Source: Raillietiella orientalis
Lineage: Eukaryota
Assembly: GCA_036172245.1 (NCBI GenBank)
Contig: JAYWIR010000012.1
Location: 4,154,001-4,218,000, forward strand
Reading direction: 5' to 3'
DNA length: 64,000 bases
A program made the position numbers and the translations under genes. Below are positions 50,845 through 64,000 of the stretch, in pieces (positions within the stretch are counted from its first letter, which is position 1; each line of letters opens with the position of its first letter). A model generated the notes under the pieces. That model saw only the letters and a list, made by a program, of their open reading frames with translations, was not told where the DNA came from and did no database searches.

Positions 50845-53800
50845 GCCGAGCTGAAGAGCACACAAAAAGCAAAACGAGCAGGCAGCAGCACCACTGGCGA
50901 GACCGAGACACTGCGGCGCCGTTGCATGGCTGCAGCAGCCACGCAAGGGAAGCGATGGGTCGCCACCGGCGTGCTGGTCAACCGGGCGACGCAGTCTTCG
51001 GTTCTGGAGCGCGGGAACGCATCTGCCCTCTCCTGGCCAGCTCATCGCTGTCAAATCTTCCTGGCGTGCATCCCTGCGGCTCCCGAAGAAATCTCATGGT
51101 GATCTCGCGGCGGAGCCAGCGGCGGCTGACCTGCTGCGCTCTGTACCGGCAGAGTCATCGGAAGGAGCGGCTCGTTTGAGTCTCTCCTAGCACAACGAAG
51201 GCGTTCTAAAATTCCATTCTAAAATTCGTAGCTTAATAAGGAGATATAGTTCAAAAGAGATAGAACCAGTTATTTACTGTTCTAGTATACATCTACCATT
51301 AGGTTTTAAAGATATACCGTGCTTATTTCCGATGGCATGATTTAGCACCAGAAGCATGCTCCCAACAAAACTCTACAAACTTGAAGAATAGAACGGTGAA
51401 CGAGCCGCGAATGATTTGCAAACCGAGCTCAGCATGATGAATTTGGGCTTTTACGGCTTCCAAGCAAAATGATAAAGTGAAATTGCAGCTTGGGAGGATG
51501 ACAAGAAATTGTATGTACCACTGTTGATGCGTCGAAGCTCCTTACCCCCATGGTTTTTCACATTAACACTCACAAAGCTTGCACTTCCACGCCACGCTTC
51601 GAATTGAGGGTAAGTTTTTATGTATTTTCAATTCTCCGCGGCTGTGATGCTACCGGCAAAGGAAGCAAAGGAACACTTGTAAGCTGTCTTTTCCAAAATG
51701 GGGAACTGAGAAGAGGTTCATTCTTACAATTTCCTCGTGTTGCTAGCGCACCGTCTAATTTATGGAATCCAGGAAGAGTCAAGTAGCTCCGATTAGAACA
51801 CTTTCACGGGACATCGTGCCACATAGCACCTCGTAACCCTATCTTGCAAATAGATATTATAGAATCGATTCTCAGTCTGAAGATCCCTTCACTCACACTG
51901 AGGTGGCATTTTTGGAAACGGAGGACTCCGTAATCTCTTGGGAATAAAAGCAATCAGCAGGGTGATGATAATTTTGAAAATCTGTACTCAGAATCGTAAA
52001 TGGGAAGTCGTAATTCAGAAAACGAGATAAATCTGACAACGTACAAAATCCGATCAACAAATGGCAAATGGATTCACTCCTAGATGTGGAAATTTAAAAT
52101 TCACTTGCCATCAAGCTTAATTCTGCTCTTTGCTTTTGCAGTTCGGTAATCTGTGGTTTTCATAGGGGCTTGATCCTTCGACTAACCCATTGCTATCCTT
52201 TCCTATGGGAAAAGTCGCGCGGGAACCAGAGCTCAGAGAGCAGGAACCGAAATTTTCCGAAATAACATGCGCGAGCTCAGCATTCAGTGTACCTCAAATT
52301 TTAGTTCGTAATCAGGAAGAGCTGGATGGAATTCTTTTGGGAGTGCACATTTGCTTTCGACGTCGCGACCACAAAATCCTCCTTACTGGCTATACGTTGC
52401 CCAGATGCCATGAAAGCGGTTTACTTAGCAAGCAACCAAAATTTCCCACATGTTCTAGCTGACCTCACGCACTTTTTCCCACCCATTAGTGATGCAGGAT
52501 ACGATCATTGGCATTTCCGATGATTAACCAGTAGTTGGGAAAGTGAAATGTGGTGGACATTCTGGGAAAGTTTTCACTGTTCGAACTGGATATGTCCATG
52601 AATGTAAGGTGCTTTTCTTTTATGTTTTCAACTGACATTCCAAAATGATGAGAAGTTATCTTAGGAGGTTTATGAGCTAGTTCTGTATCCGTACAGACTG
52701 CTATACAAGCCTTTGTGGTTACTCTGACTTAGCGATCATTTCATCGCGGTTTATGAAGCAAAATTCTAGGAAAAAGGCTTCAAAATCAGAAGAAAAGGCA
52801 TTGACAACAATATGGAATGGAGCCAAAGATATTCGTTAGATGATCAATGTGCATACGATGCTGTACGTGTAATCTCTTTAGTGTATGATCATCTCAACAA
52901 GGAAGACGTTGAATATATTTTTGAAAATGAGATCTACTGCAATTTATAAAAATGTTATTTTTGTGGCGTCGATGAGTGGAAATTACAGTGTGCTATGACA
53001 AAAGAGTGGCAAATGTAAAAATGAAGTTTCTGTGAGAATGAAGTTCCGGTGTCGCCCGCGGGACGAAGAGGGCACCTGTGTGCGCACGATCCAGCACGCT
53101 ATCCATCTCCAAGACCTCAGGCAAACAAAATGATACGCAAGTGCTTGGGACGAATGTCCGCACGTGTTCCATCGAGCCTATGCAAAATGGCTCAACAGAA
53201 GCGACGGTCTGATGTCTGCCCTGTTAGGACCACCGGGGCAGTTGCACCAACTGGGTCCGACGTAGATATTAGAACAAGCAATGTTGAAAGAAGCCAAGAT
53301 CAAGATAGTCTCGAAAAGCAGGGAGATCTGGGCCAAGGAGCTGACCACAGTCACTCTCCTCTTCATAAGCGTGCAGTGGACCGCTCAGAAATGGTTCCAG
53401 AGAAGAAAATCCCTAACTCTAGGCAAGACTGAAAACTTCGAGTCCACTGGAAGTCTTCACGAAGCACGAGTTTTTAGATACAAGAGCCAGCTGCAATGGT
53501 GGACAGCCTACAGTGAACTCTGGCAAGACACTCTCAGAGGACCAAGTTCAACCCCTGAGCGTTGGAACACCACATATAAAAAAGAACAGCAGCAAAAGAA
53601 GCGCTGGAAGTGATGTGGGAGAGGTTTGGGAAACCAGCCTTAAACTCTCAAGCCACCGGGAGCGCCCTCCAGAAGTTCGAACTGCTGCCTTTCTGCAGAG
53701 TGCAGTATGACCAATTCTTTTTCAACAATAACTTGAAATAGTATAAGAAAATAAAAATGAAAATGACATAAAAATATTCTTAATGAGTTTTTATAATTAG

Positions 53801-55530
53801 TCTTTTATTATTGATGTGAAACATTCATTTTTCTTTTTTTTTTTTTCAGATTTGAAAACGAGAAATCAAAACCAAGAACTGACCAAGAACTTTTTGGATT
53901 TCCGAAACATCCAAAGAAATAATGATATAATCTGTTGTGAATGGATTTTGAAAATGTGAATACATTGTTTTTTCTTTTTTTTTTGAAGTCGAATGCGTAT
54001 GTCTAATATGACATACGTATTCTGCTTTGTTGTGAAGGTATATTAAACAAATAATTAGTTCATGAACAAAAATTAGTTCATTAAAAAATTATCCACTTAA
54101 ATGCTTAAGAAAACTTGAAGCAAACATACAACCGGCAAATATACGACACTTGCTCAAGATAATGGTATTCTAATGCTATTGTCAAACTACAGTGTGAATC
54201 GATTATCAGATTGTACCCACATTTTATGCAATGCAAAAAACATAAATAGATTTATTTTACCTCTTTCATTCAACATTAACTTGAAATTAATTTTTCTGAT
54301 CTAGTTGCAGCATGTTATTTTTTTGTGTTTAAATGTTTTATATATTCGAAAATTGCACGTGTAATTCCGATACAAATGGAGTTGCTTCGTAAGCTCTTCT
54401 CCAGAAATGATTGTCAGAATGTGTGCTCAAATAGCTGACGAAAAAAAAAACTTTCCCAAGACATTTGTACACTCATAATTTTAACATAGATTACATTGCG
54501 AACCGCAGAGACACAAAGTATTCGTATTTTCCCATGATTTTGTAGCCTTCATCATGAAAGTAAGCATCTGGAAGTAAGCGCTGAAGCACATTAAAGTGGT
54601 TTAGAGCGATGTACATCATGAGCAGGTGTATATATTTTAAAGAAATGTGAGAGAAAACTCTGTGGAACCAAAAAAAATTAAGTAAAATCAAGAGCAAGCA
54701 AAGTCTTATTGAGTATGTAATTGCAGCATGAGGATGTGATGTTCAGAACAGCCTACTGCTTGGCTGCTCATGTGAAAAACGAATCCAGTACAGCAGCCAT
54801 AATATTAATTTAATAACAAATTTAATTATGCTATTGCCTAAATTCATTTGATTTCTCACATTAGTCAATACATAGTTTTGCCTTCAAATGAATGTCTTAC
54901 TAACAGATAACGTTTTGGTGTGTTGCTTCGTTCTTAGTGGCTTTCTAAGTTATTGCATAGGAGAATATCCACATGCCATTCGTATTATAAGTAAGACAAA
55001 GTAAGTGCCAGGTTTCTGCGTATACTATTTTCTGTTTATTATATCAGCGTTTCTTTTTTATTGCATTTAATAAGTCAACTATTGATTGCATCAAAAATTG
55101 AAAACGATTTTTGACTATCAGCATTTTTTTTTTTTATGAAGCCAAAGGGGCTGCAGATGTTTTTGTCCTTCCCCGGCCTTTTGATCTTTTATATATGCTG
55201 CTATGTATCACATGGTAAAGGAGTTTCAGCACAGAAACTATTAATCGAATTGCATTCATAAAAAGCATTAGTATGTTACCCTCATCAATTATAGAAAGCC
55301 TAACTTTTAAGAAATCATGTCGAAGTTAAAGAATGAATTAATAAGAAAATAATTCCAGAAATCTATTTGGGTATTTAAGTACAGTGGTTCATCCACTTTT
55401 CCATGTAATCTGCTATGTAACTTCAGATATCTATTAGTATAGGAATGATTAGATTTTGATGATTCGTACAGTACCATGATTTATATGTAATCTATCTGCT
55501 TTTAGAAATATGCATGTAGACTTATCACAG

Positions 55531-58064
55531 AGAAAAACCATCAAAGATGGGACTGGAGACGATATATTTCCTTATATTGTGAAAAGCAAATTCTCTGGAC
55601 CTGCACCTTTCAGCAAATTTCAAGGAATGTGTGTTGAGTATTCTGACAAGAGGTACTTGTATGCTGCCTGAGTTCTCTGGGAAAAATTCTTTTATATTAC
55701 TTTTAGGTACAAGTTCACCCTCTGTCCATTTGATAACTTTACTCAACAGGAACTAACAACAGTCAATAGACCCATAAACATTCTTCTTGGGTAAGTTATG
55801 CTTAAGTGATTTTTTAACTTTATTATTAGGTTTGTACCTCCTTTATCACTGAATTTTTTGTAAGAATGAGTAAAGTTATCAAATTGAGTTGAATTTCTTT
55901 ACTTTTTCAAAGAATTTCTTGAGGATTAGTACTTTGAAAAGTTTCTAGTCATGTTTCCACAAAACTAGATCTCTTATTTTCATATATCATCCATTCTTTA
56001 AATACCTAATATAATCAACAAATTGCAAAATCTCTAACAATGTAGACAGTTATGGAAATATACCATTAGTATTTATTTGAATCTTGATCATTTGACCATA
56101 CTATTTACATTTCAAATTGATAATTAAATCTTAAATTACATTTTTATGCGTTTTTTTTTCAAATACGCTGCTTCTAGTGGTATTTTTACAATGATTTCAC
56201 AGAGTATTACAACTTTACTTTTAATTCACACATAACAAGACTGAGAATCATTTCTATGCATTTGTTCCTGTGCAAAAATTATTGGGAGATAGAAAACTCA
56301 ATTTTGAATCTTCAGTCCAGCATAGCAAATGCATCAATTTATGAAATTTTAAAGTGAAAGAGGTTTTTCACTCAACTTTCAAGTTTCTATAATTATTTTC
56401 AATGGCATTAAAGCTAGTACAGAGTGGACAATGGTAGAAATGATCAAGTACTAAGAGTAAAATTTTGCACATTTCAAATTCATGTAAATATTTTTCCAGG
56501 TTTCAGTAGTTAAAACCATAGGTTTGTGTAAAATGACATTTTAAAATTCTTGCAGATGGTAAGTTCATTGAATGTGCACCTCCAGAAGCTATTCATGCCT
56601 TATAAAGCAACAATTAGTTACAAAACACTATTAATGGATTCTGGACAATTAATGTATTTTTTCCATAGTATTTGTTTTTTTACAACTGCATAAAAGTTTT
56701 TAACAATTCTTGCAAATTTATGCAAAATCAATATTTTCGTAAAAATTCTGAAAAGTTCAAAGCATGTGTTAGTTCCTGAAACTTTTATCCAGAAGAATAT
56801 TATAGTAAGTACCCTCAACTGTGGAAACTTAAACATTTTTAGAACAAATTAGCAATAAATTTAGCATTATATTGTGAGTTACATCAGAAAATCTGAAGCA
56901 TTTGAATTTGAAATCTCTGTGATTCAGCATAATGGTAGTCCAGCGTGAATTAGTATGATTCAAATTTTTTTGTACAAAGAATTTGCTTTCAGGTAACTAT
57001 AGCAACATGTTTGCAGCTTCAGATAATACTAATGAGATGTGGGATTAGATGGATTAGGGGATTAGACAATAGAAGTTTCACTTAACATTTTAAGAATCTC
57101 TTTGTGCTTTTAATCAATGGAATGTCAAATAAATCCGGGATCGAATTAAAAAATAAATCAAATAATGACCTACTTATTATTTTAAAATTACGTATTGCGA
57201 CCTTTGTTCTTTTGATTGGAAAAATTGTTGACGGTCACAACATTTTACTGGAATTGCAGACAAGTGTGTTGGAAAGCTGCATTTGAAATGTGAAACTGAC
57301 ATTTTTATATCTGTAACTAGAATTTCTATTTGTTTTACGCATAATTTTAACTTATTTCTGATTTCTTATTTAATCTCTATGAAGAAATATACATGGAAAA
57401 ATATGTATTGTTGCAAGAACAGCTAAGATGGTTCTTCAGTACATGTTACAAACAGACATAAGTGATATTAAAGTACGTTAGAATACTAGTGCATAAGGAA
57501 TTAATCACATATGTTGGGCTAGAGCAATAGAGCTGGCTAAAGCATATAAGAATGGAAACAATTTAAAATTTTAAAATTGGATGTGGATAAAATTGGTAAT
57601 AATTACCCATTAACACAAATGTAGGTAAGTAAACCATTAAAAACTGAAAACTTGAGTACCTTATTTGTTAAAACTTTGTACTGAGGACAATGGTCTGTGG
57701 AATTCCTATTCACAAAAGACTAAGGTGTTTAAATTCAGCAAGTTGAAATCAGGGTTCCAGGGTCCCTAAACCAAATATCACAAGGATTAAAACAAGGAGA
57801 AAAAAATTTAATTTTGATCATCGTCAACGAATAAGGTGTCAATTACACTAGAAATTGAATTTCCCCATTTTATGAGAAAAGTGTGAGCCTATGATGGAGC
57901 AAGAATTAATATGGAGATCCAATTGGAAATTCTGATTAAAGTAACTGACCTAACTTTCATTTTGAAATTTGTATGTCTGTTATTTCGGTATATATCTGGA
58001 TTTTCTCGAACTGACGAAACGATGAGCGAATTAAAATAATCCATTTTTCTATAATATCTAACCA

Positions 58065-58102
<38 letters not shown>

Positions 58103-60078
58103 CATATTCCAATGACTGCTCTTTTCGTAGTATATCTTATGACTATGCAGAATGTTATTTCAGAGTGTGGACAGAGTGGTTAATTGATGGAACTCACTTT
58201 GTGGGAATGCATTATGAAGGTGGCTCTGTATGTAACTCTGTTTATCGATCTGCAAAGGTACCTATTTTTCAATCAAGCCAATTTGTTTTAGCTTGTTTCA
58301 TTTTTGAACTCTTCATCACGATATATGCATTAAAGCAAACAAAACATGTGAATCCATTCGGTGCTCCTTTACATGCACACATTTTTTTTTATAAGGCACA
58401 GGATTTGTAATTTGTCGGTAACAAACGTAAGAATTCGGGGCCCAAATAGGCTCGCGCACGTGCGTAATGGTAAAAAAAAAAAAAAAAATCAGTCATTCGA
58501 GCCACACGGGTCGAGAACGAGGATCTGCGGCCAAAGAAGCTGCTCACCGACAGATTACGGCTTAACGGATTCATATTTCACTGATGCCTTTCAATAAGTG
58601 CCGCAAAGACCAGCGGAATGTCTGCCCGCAGCAGTGGAAGGAAAGAAAAAAAAAGTCCTTCTCATATTTTGTGTTCCGGGCTGTTGACACGAATGTGTGT
58701 GCCCTCGTTTTCATTACGTATTGAGACGGAAGACGATACAAAAATCATGGACACTCATTCCAGTCTCTTCTAGAGCAGTCTGCGTTCCTCTTTGAAACCC
58801 TATGCCGAATATCTGGATTCTAAACTTTACAGGAAGCTTTTCTTTGTGGTATGAAGTTCCATAAACAATATATAGAGTGTGTGCATGAAGACGCAGACCG
58901 ATATTTTGGCGCTCGTTCCTCTGGGTGGCGAGATCTCTCGAAGTTGTGCCTCAGATTGCTGCACCACACGAACTGTTCTGTAACGGTTGGCTTAGCAGTA
59001 GCCCTTCGTACGCGTTGATGTGCGATGTGTGATTCATACAGCAAATGGATGATGGTTTTGGGTTTCGAGGTCACAGAGTCGAGCATTTGCATTCGAAGAT
59101 CTAGCGGCGAGTGTGCGTTGTTCTCATGGGCGAGGAATCGCATCTGCAGCTCAATTTGTCTTCGGACGTCGCGAGGAACGTCTTCTGTGGTGCATGATGA
59201 TGGCTAACCGAATTTGGCGAAAGAAGGGGTGCTTGGACTCTTCCGGGTAATCAGGAGGTCGAGGTCTTTGGGAACAGCGTCGCTTCCGAGCGCTTTCCGT
59301 GACAGTTCGGAAAGTTCGACACGCACGGAGTAGTCACTCTTGAGAAACGCTCCACATTCCATCCTCAAGCCGTGCACCACAGTCATGCATCCTTGAGTAC
59401 TGGGTACGTCGGAGTTTCGAGTTGGCGTGTGGAGGATGCCGACTGAAAGACCGTGTAAAGTGCAGAGTTACTGGCGATTTAGAAAAGGCGCAAGGTTCAA
59501 GAGGTTTCCGACTTCACTCCTGGAACCCACTCGTGGGGCCCATTTCGCTTGGAATGTTCCGAGATGGATGCGTGCACGAAGGCCGTCGCGGCGTCGAACT
59601 GTTTGCCACATTTTCCCTTCGGAAAACTCTTCCAGGAAATCCCTTTCGGTGTTCGAAAGAGCACGCGTTCCAGCAGCAGTCTACTTTTCAGGTCGACCTC
59701 CGTTGCGGAGACTCGCACCAGCTGGCCAACGTTATGGAATCTCAAAAGTGCCATTACAGCTCCGCGTTTTACAGCCCAGCCTTCTGTGGGTCGCTGCACG
59801 TGTACCCCTGGCTCACGGAAGCCCTTCGCAGCCAATGGGATGCTTTGGAAACGGATAATTTCCATGGATTCCTGACGCGTAAGGTGCGTGCGCCCTACTG
59901 CTTAACCATGTGTGTCTAGCTTCCCTATTCAGGGATATGAAAAAAAGCTGCATGAGATATTTGCATCTGCTGGGTTTGTGGTCCCTGATGACAGAAGAAA
60001 AAAGCAGACTGCCGCGTCGGACCGTCTGGATCCTTCTAATTTAGAAGAATGCCAGCTATACTATCGACAACTGCAGAG
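55531..60078 (+). CDS. GNPTG: N-acetylglucosamine-1-phosphotransferase gamma subunit (MRH domain); first and last exons not resolved
   Basis: Exons 55531-55652, 55707-55790, 58164-58257, 59692-59883, 59933-60078: SGP..F..GMC....YKFTLCPFDNFTQ..LGVWTEW.I....F.GM....G..C...RSAKVDLRCG...VYPWLTEALRSQWD...GYEKKLHEIF..AGF, colinear with recalled GNPTG. A possible signal-peptide exon lies near 54907-54990. Confidence 0.9.
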
Positions 60079-63000
60079 GTGCATGCACCTTCCTTCGGAC
60101 TGACCGCTGACCGGTGTGTATCCCGAACCCATGACTCTGCGCCGTGGTTTGCGACGAGCCCGTAATAAGGAGTTCGCTGAAAGAAGCCTCTTCAAGCAAA
60201 AACCTTCTTAGTCCCCCCCCCCCCCGCGTTTCGTTTCACCGGTTTATGCTTTCCACGAGTTTCTTCGCTGCCACGCATGAGGGCCACGGATGCCGGGCAC
60301 ACCAGGGCCGCACCTCGCTTCCTACGGGCCTAGGACACCCTATCCGAGCGATCACTGCCCCTATTGTGGTGAAATGCTTTTCGCGTTGTAGCTTCTGCTG
60401 CTGCGCCAAAGAGGCAAACTTCTCAGTTGGCGACCGGGTCTTCTAGGTAGCGCGACTGCATCAAAACGTCCGAAAATGTCCGCGTCCGGAAACGTGGAGG
60501 CTTCACTTCTGCGTTTTCGGAGCGTCTCGCAGTGATGGTGGGGACGTTTCCAGGGAAGGAGCACGCATACATACTGTGACGGACAAGTTTGGCGGATGAA
60601 GACGGAGGGAGCGGTACGAGCTCGGGCACGCGAGACCGCGGTGAGGAAAAAGGCAAGACGGATCGCAAGAAGCCACGCCGACGCGTCAGAAGAGAGTCGG
60701 ATTAATCACCACAGTTCATCACCTTCCCCTGTACGGGAAGCGAGTGAACCTCCATTTCAAGCGGATTGCACTGGTCATCAGCTTCACCACCCTATCCACT
60801 TCGCACCGATACACTCTCCTCTGTGATTCCATAGTAACGGCTTTGCAAATCCCACCAACTGAATTCTTCTTTGCCCGTATAGCTTTGGGTTTTATCCTTT
60901 TGAAAAAAGCAGGAAGCAGTGCAAAGCACACATTGGGGATGTTTCCATCCATGGGTGCGCTAGCAGCACCTCCGCGACTTGGATTGTGCCGAAAGATTTT
61001 TTTTTTTTTTTTTGCGTGCGTATCGGTGAGGACCAGTGCACCTACTGGTGCTGGCGGTGTACTGCACACGATTAACCAGTGTGGATCTGTGTTTCGCCCG
61101 GCATCTGGAGACCAGCAGTATCACGCGTGTTGTGTCCGACACTTTCGATTCTCTCCTCATCAAAGCTTGCATGCGTCCGAGTCAGGCGAGCAGTGCGGCG
61201 TCTACGGGGCGGTCGTCCCGGTCAAGGCGGTATGCAAAAGAAGCTCTCCCGCTTTGCAGCTTGCACCTTCCCACTCGAATTGCTTGGGTCCGAAATTCAT
61301 CCCATGATACCCCGTGGCCCATTCTTCGATGCACGGAAGCCTCCCAAATGCATTCTTCTTTGGAGATGATGATCGCTTCGAGCTTTAGTCCGAGTGGACC
61401 TTTGCAGGCACAAGCACGAGTGAGCGGGTGAGGCGCTTTTGCGCATGCCTGCATGCGTCTGCGTGCATCAGCGTGCTCTGCAACACGCTTTTTTCCTCGT
61501 CTTTTGTGTTTGCCACATATTTTTAGTGCGCACGTTTCTTTTGGAATGCGTTACGCATGCTTGGGAGGCGAGGGAACACATGCGATCAGCAGCTCTCGCC
61601 AGACGGCTCCTCGTCCTCTTGCGTGCTAATGCTATCGGACGTGCGTGACCAAAACTGCCGATTCCGGCAAGCGTGCCCTGGAGGTGACTGCTGCAGCAGA
61701 CGCATTAAACATTCTTGCATTAAGGTGAACCAATTCACTCGATTGCTCGCCAGACACAGTCTGCAGAACGCATCGGCGGAAAGACGATCGTGTTTCTCCG
61801 ATTTGAAGCAGGCGCCGCTTTACCACTTCCCTGAGAATGAACACGCTGGACCACTCTGGATGAAACTTATTACCGCACACCCTTCCGGCATTGCAACTTG
61901 CCGATAGAATAACAAAGACAGAAAAGGAAAGAGGAAAAAGATCTGAGCTTGTTGAAAGGTTCCGCTTTTTCAAGGCACCGGAGATGTGTTTTTCACGACA
62001 CACTAGAAAAGGATCGTCCCTTATTCATTTGATACTACAGGTGATCTCCTATCGATCCAAACTTTGTCGTTGCATCTTGAAAGCCGGGAGATGGCTGCAG
62101 AACGAGACCGAATGCTCCACCACCCCAGTCCTCTGTTTTCTAGTAAACACAGAAGACAGCTAGCAGCTGCGTTTCCGTCGATGAAGCTATCATAGATCTA
62201 CTATCTTCTGCTCAATCACGGAAGAGGCTTCCGTTCGTGTCCCAAATCGAAATTCTATGCGAAAAGTTCCACCAGTCACTTTCTCCTCGTACTCGCAGCA
62301 GCTGCAGCAGCGTATGATCCAAAGAACAAAAGAAGTGCATGAACATCACAAGCTGAGAGTATTTCTCAGTGGGAGCGCATATCTGTCCAGCCAAACGCAA
62401 ATTTCACCGTTCTCGAGGTGACGGGAGTTTCGAACTGAAACCCGAAATCGGAAAGTCACGTTTCCTGTTGGAAAAGGGAAGCTTTGGGAACGCGCGCGAA
62501 TCCTTTTTCCTCCAGAAAGGAAACAAACCAAACCTTCAAAAGCACGCAAAAGATCGTGACTGTGTCCAAAGTCAGAGAAGCTCCCTCCTGAAAACCTGAC
62601 TGCTGTGATCGCCACCCGTGGAATGGGCCCCCGAGGGCCGCTTCCGCCTGCAAAGGCGAGGCGGAAGCGAAAGGAAATTTGGAAAGATTCCGCATTTTCC
62701 ACAACGGACAGTCCGTTCAGTTTGTACGATTTTTATATGCAGTGGTTGTTTGCTTTGGCTGAACTTACTAAAAAATAAATGCATTGCTGTGATCAGGAGA
62801 TTTCTGCTAGCCTCCCCTCTTTGTACTCCGAGATGGTCGCAATTCTACGTGCAGTCGTCTCGACTCGTTTCAGTTTCACATCTCCACTCTCCATGTATGC
62901 TGCATGGATGCAGCAGGGAAATTTTACCTTGTTCTTAACACTGCACAATTGAAATACAAATCAAACGCATTAGGCACATCCCCTCCACATTTACAAAGAT

Positions 63001-64000
63001 GTATTCCAGAAGTTTCCAGAATCACTAGAAAAGCAAACAGACATGAAAGAAGACTTTTTGGATTCCTAAGAGCTTACCCTGCACTCCACAATACTCGCCT
63101 TGTTACACTTACACACTTTTCTTTTCTTTTCTTTTTTTTTCTTTTTTTTTTTTTTTTTTTTACCAAGGGTCCTTATCCCTGACAAAAGAATTGCACCACC
63201 TCTTTTACTGGAGTTAAGGTGCCGCCGTCTGCCAGATGAGATGCGATTTATTAGCATTCCAGCTCGTGGACCACGGATACTTGAAATGTTTACCTTCAGA
63301 GATTTCTCGAGGTTTGCTGCACTCTGTTTCAAACATTCCAGAGCCACGCTGACCAATGCCGTCCTGACGTTCCAAATGGACTGACAAAACGGACATTCGA
63401 TCCTCAGCGTGAAAGAGAGTCCCAAATCGAGAATGAAATATCAAGTTCTTTGACTCGTGTGCAGATTTTTCTTTTCGGGTGAACGAATAGCTCATAGGAC
63501 GGCCAACTCGGTTTTCCCGAAATGTGGAATTTTCTACGTTTGTAAAAAAAAAAAAAAAAAAAAAAAAATTGCTCCATGGATCTTTCAAGGGAAGCCATTT
63601 CATAGCTATCAGTTGGGGACAGTGGAAACGGAAGTATTTTACGGATGGAACAAACCGAAAAATGGTGATCCGTACTTTTTTTTTTTTTGGTTTTACTTGC
63701 GTATTTTACCCTTACGTTGGTTGAGCCATAAGTACCACTCGCTTATTTTGCTTTTGTTTTTACACAAGTATACACTGAGAAGGAGAAATACCCTCCTCCA
63801 TGAAGAGATTTCCGACACAAGAATGGGGGGTCAGCATTTTGTAAAGTCCTGATTTGCCGCATTTGCCTTTTCGCCAGAGGCGGTCCTCGACACGGAGGTG
63901 GGATATGGCTCGACGGAACACAAAATTTGGGGTTCGGCAGCAAAGTCCAATCTGACGCAGCTCCAACATTCTAATCATTCAAAACGCTGAACGGAAACTT

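Noticed and set aside
50851..50875. Hammerhead-like CTGAAGA-GC...GC-AAAAC just after the retroelement 3' motif
   Set aside because: The catalytic G of GAAA is missing, stems I and III cannot be formed, and the core is absent from the sister copy at 41.2 kb.
17548..53432. Stop-codon reassignment as an explanation for frames broken by in-frame stops
   Set aside because: Conserved genes have no internal stops and end normally in TAA, TAG or TGA; introns or decay explain the broken frames.
58440..58465. NRLAHV peptide identical to a recalled human GNPTG stretch, suggesting a duplicate exon
   Set aside because: Flanks do not align and there is no suitable acceptor; the true exon is at 59692-59883, so this is a chance match.
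60700..63400. Possible gene downstream of GNPTG
   Set aside because: Only isolated exon-like pieces with stops; no recognisable domain or consistent exon chain.

Overview
Eukaryotic (invertebrate animal-like) genomic DNA with GT-AG introns, many only 43-49 nt. Eight spliced protein-coding genes could be read from the sequence by eye: a Cas/p130Cas-family adaptor (-), CFDP1/BCNT (+), NDUFV2 (+), LYRM4/ISD11 (-), an SLC6 amino-acid transporter (-), PAICS (+), MPPE1/PGAP5 (-) and GNPTG (+). There is also one tRNA-Glu(TTC). Much of the GC-rich intergenic sequence is decayed, rearranged copies of one L1/Tx1-like non-LTR retrotransposon family (APE, RT-thumb and CCHC zinc-finger remnants, shared LAALCCLR..W..DRD C-terminus). 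The best candidate for something undescribed is that two diverged copies keep a structured 3' end with no poly(A) tail, in which a covarying hairpin follows the polyadenylation signal, and both copies sit divergently within about 200 bp of a housekeeping start codon. Other points: NDUFV2 and LYRM4 stop codons are only 26 nt apart, CpG-poor and CpG-rich blocks alternate sharply, and there are several strong hairpins and unassigned exon-like segments. All identifications are from recalled motifs; no database searches or folding programs were run.
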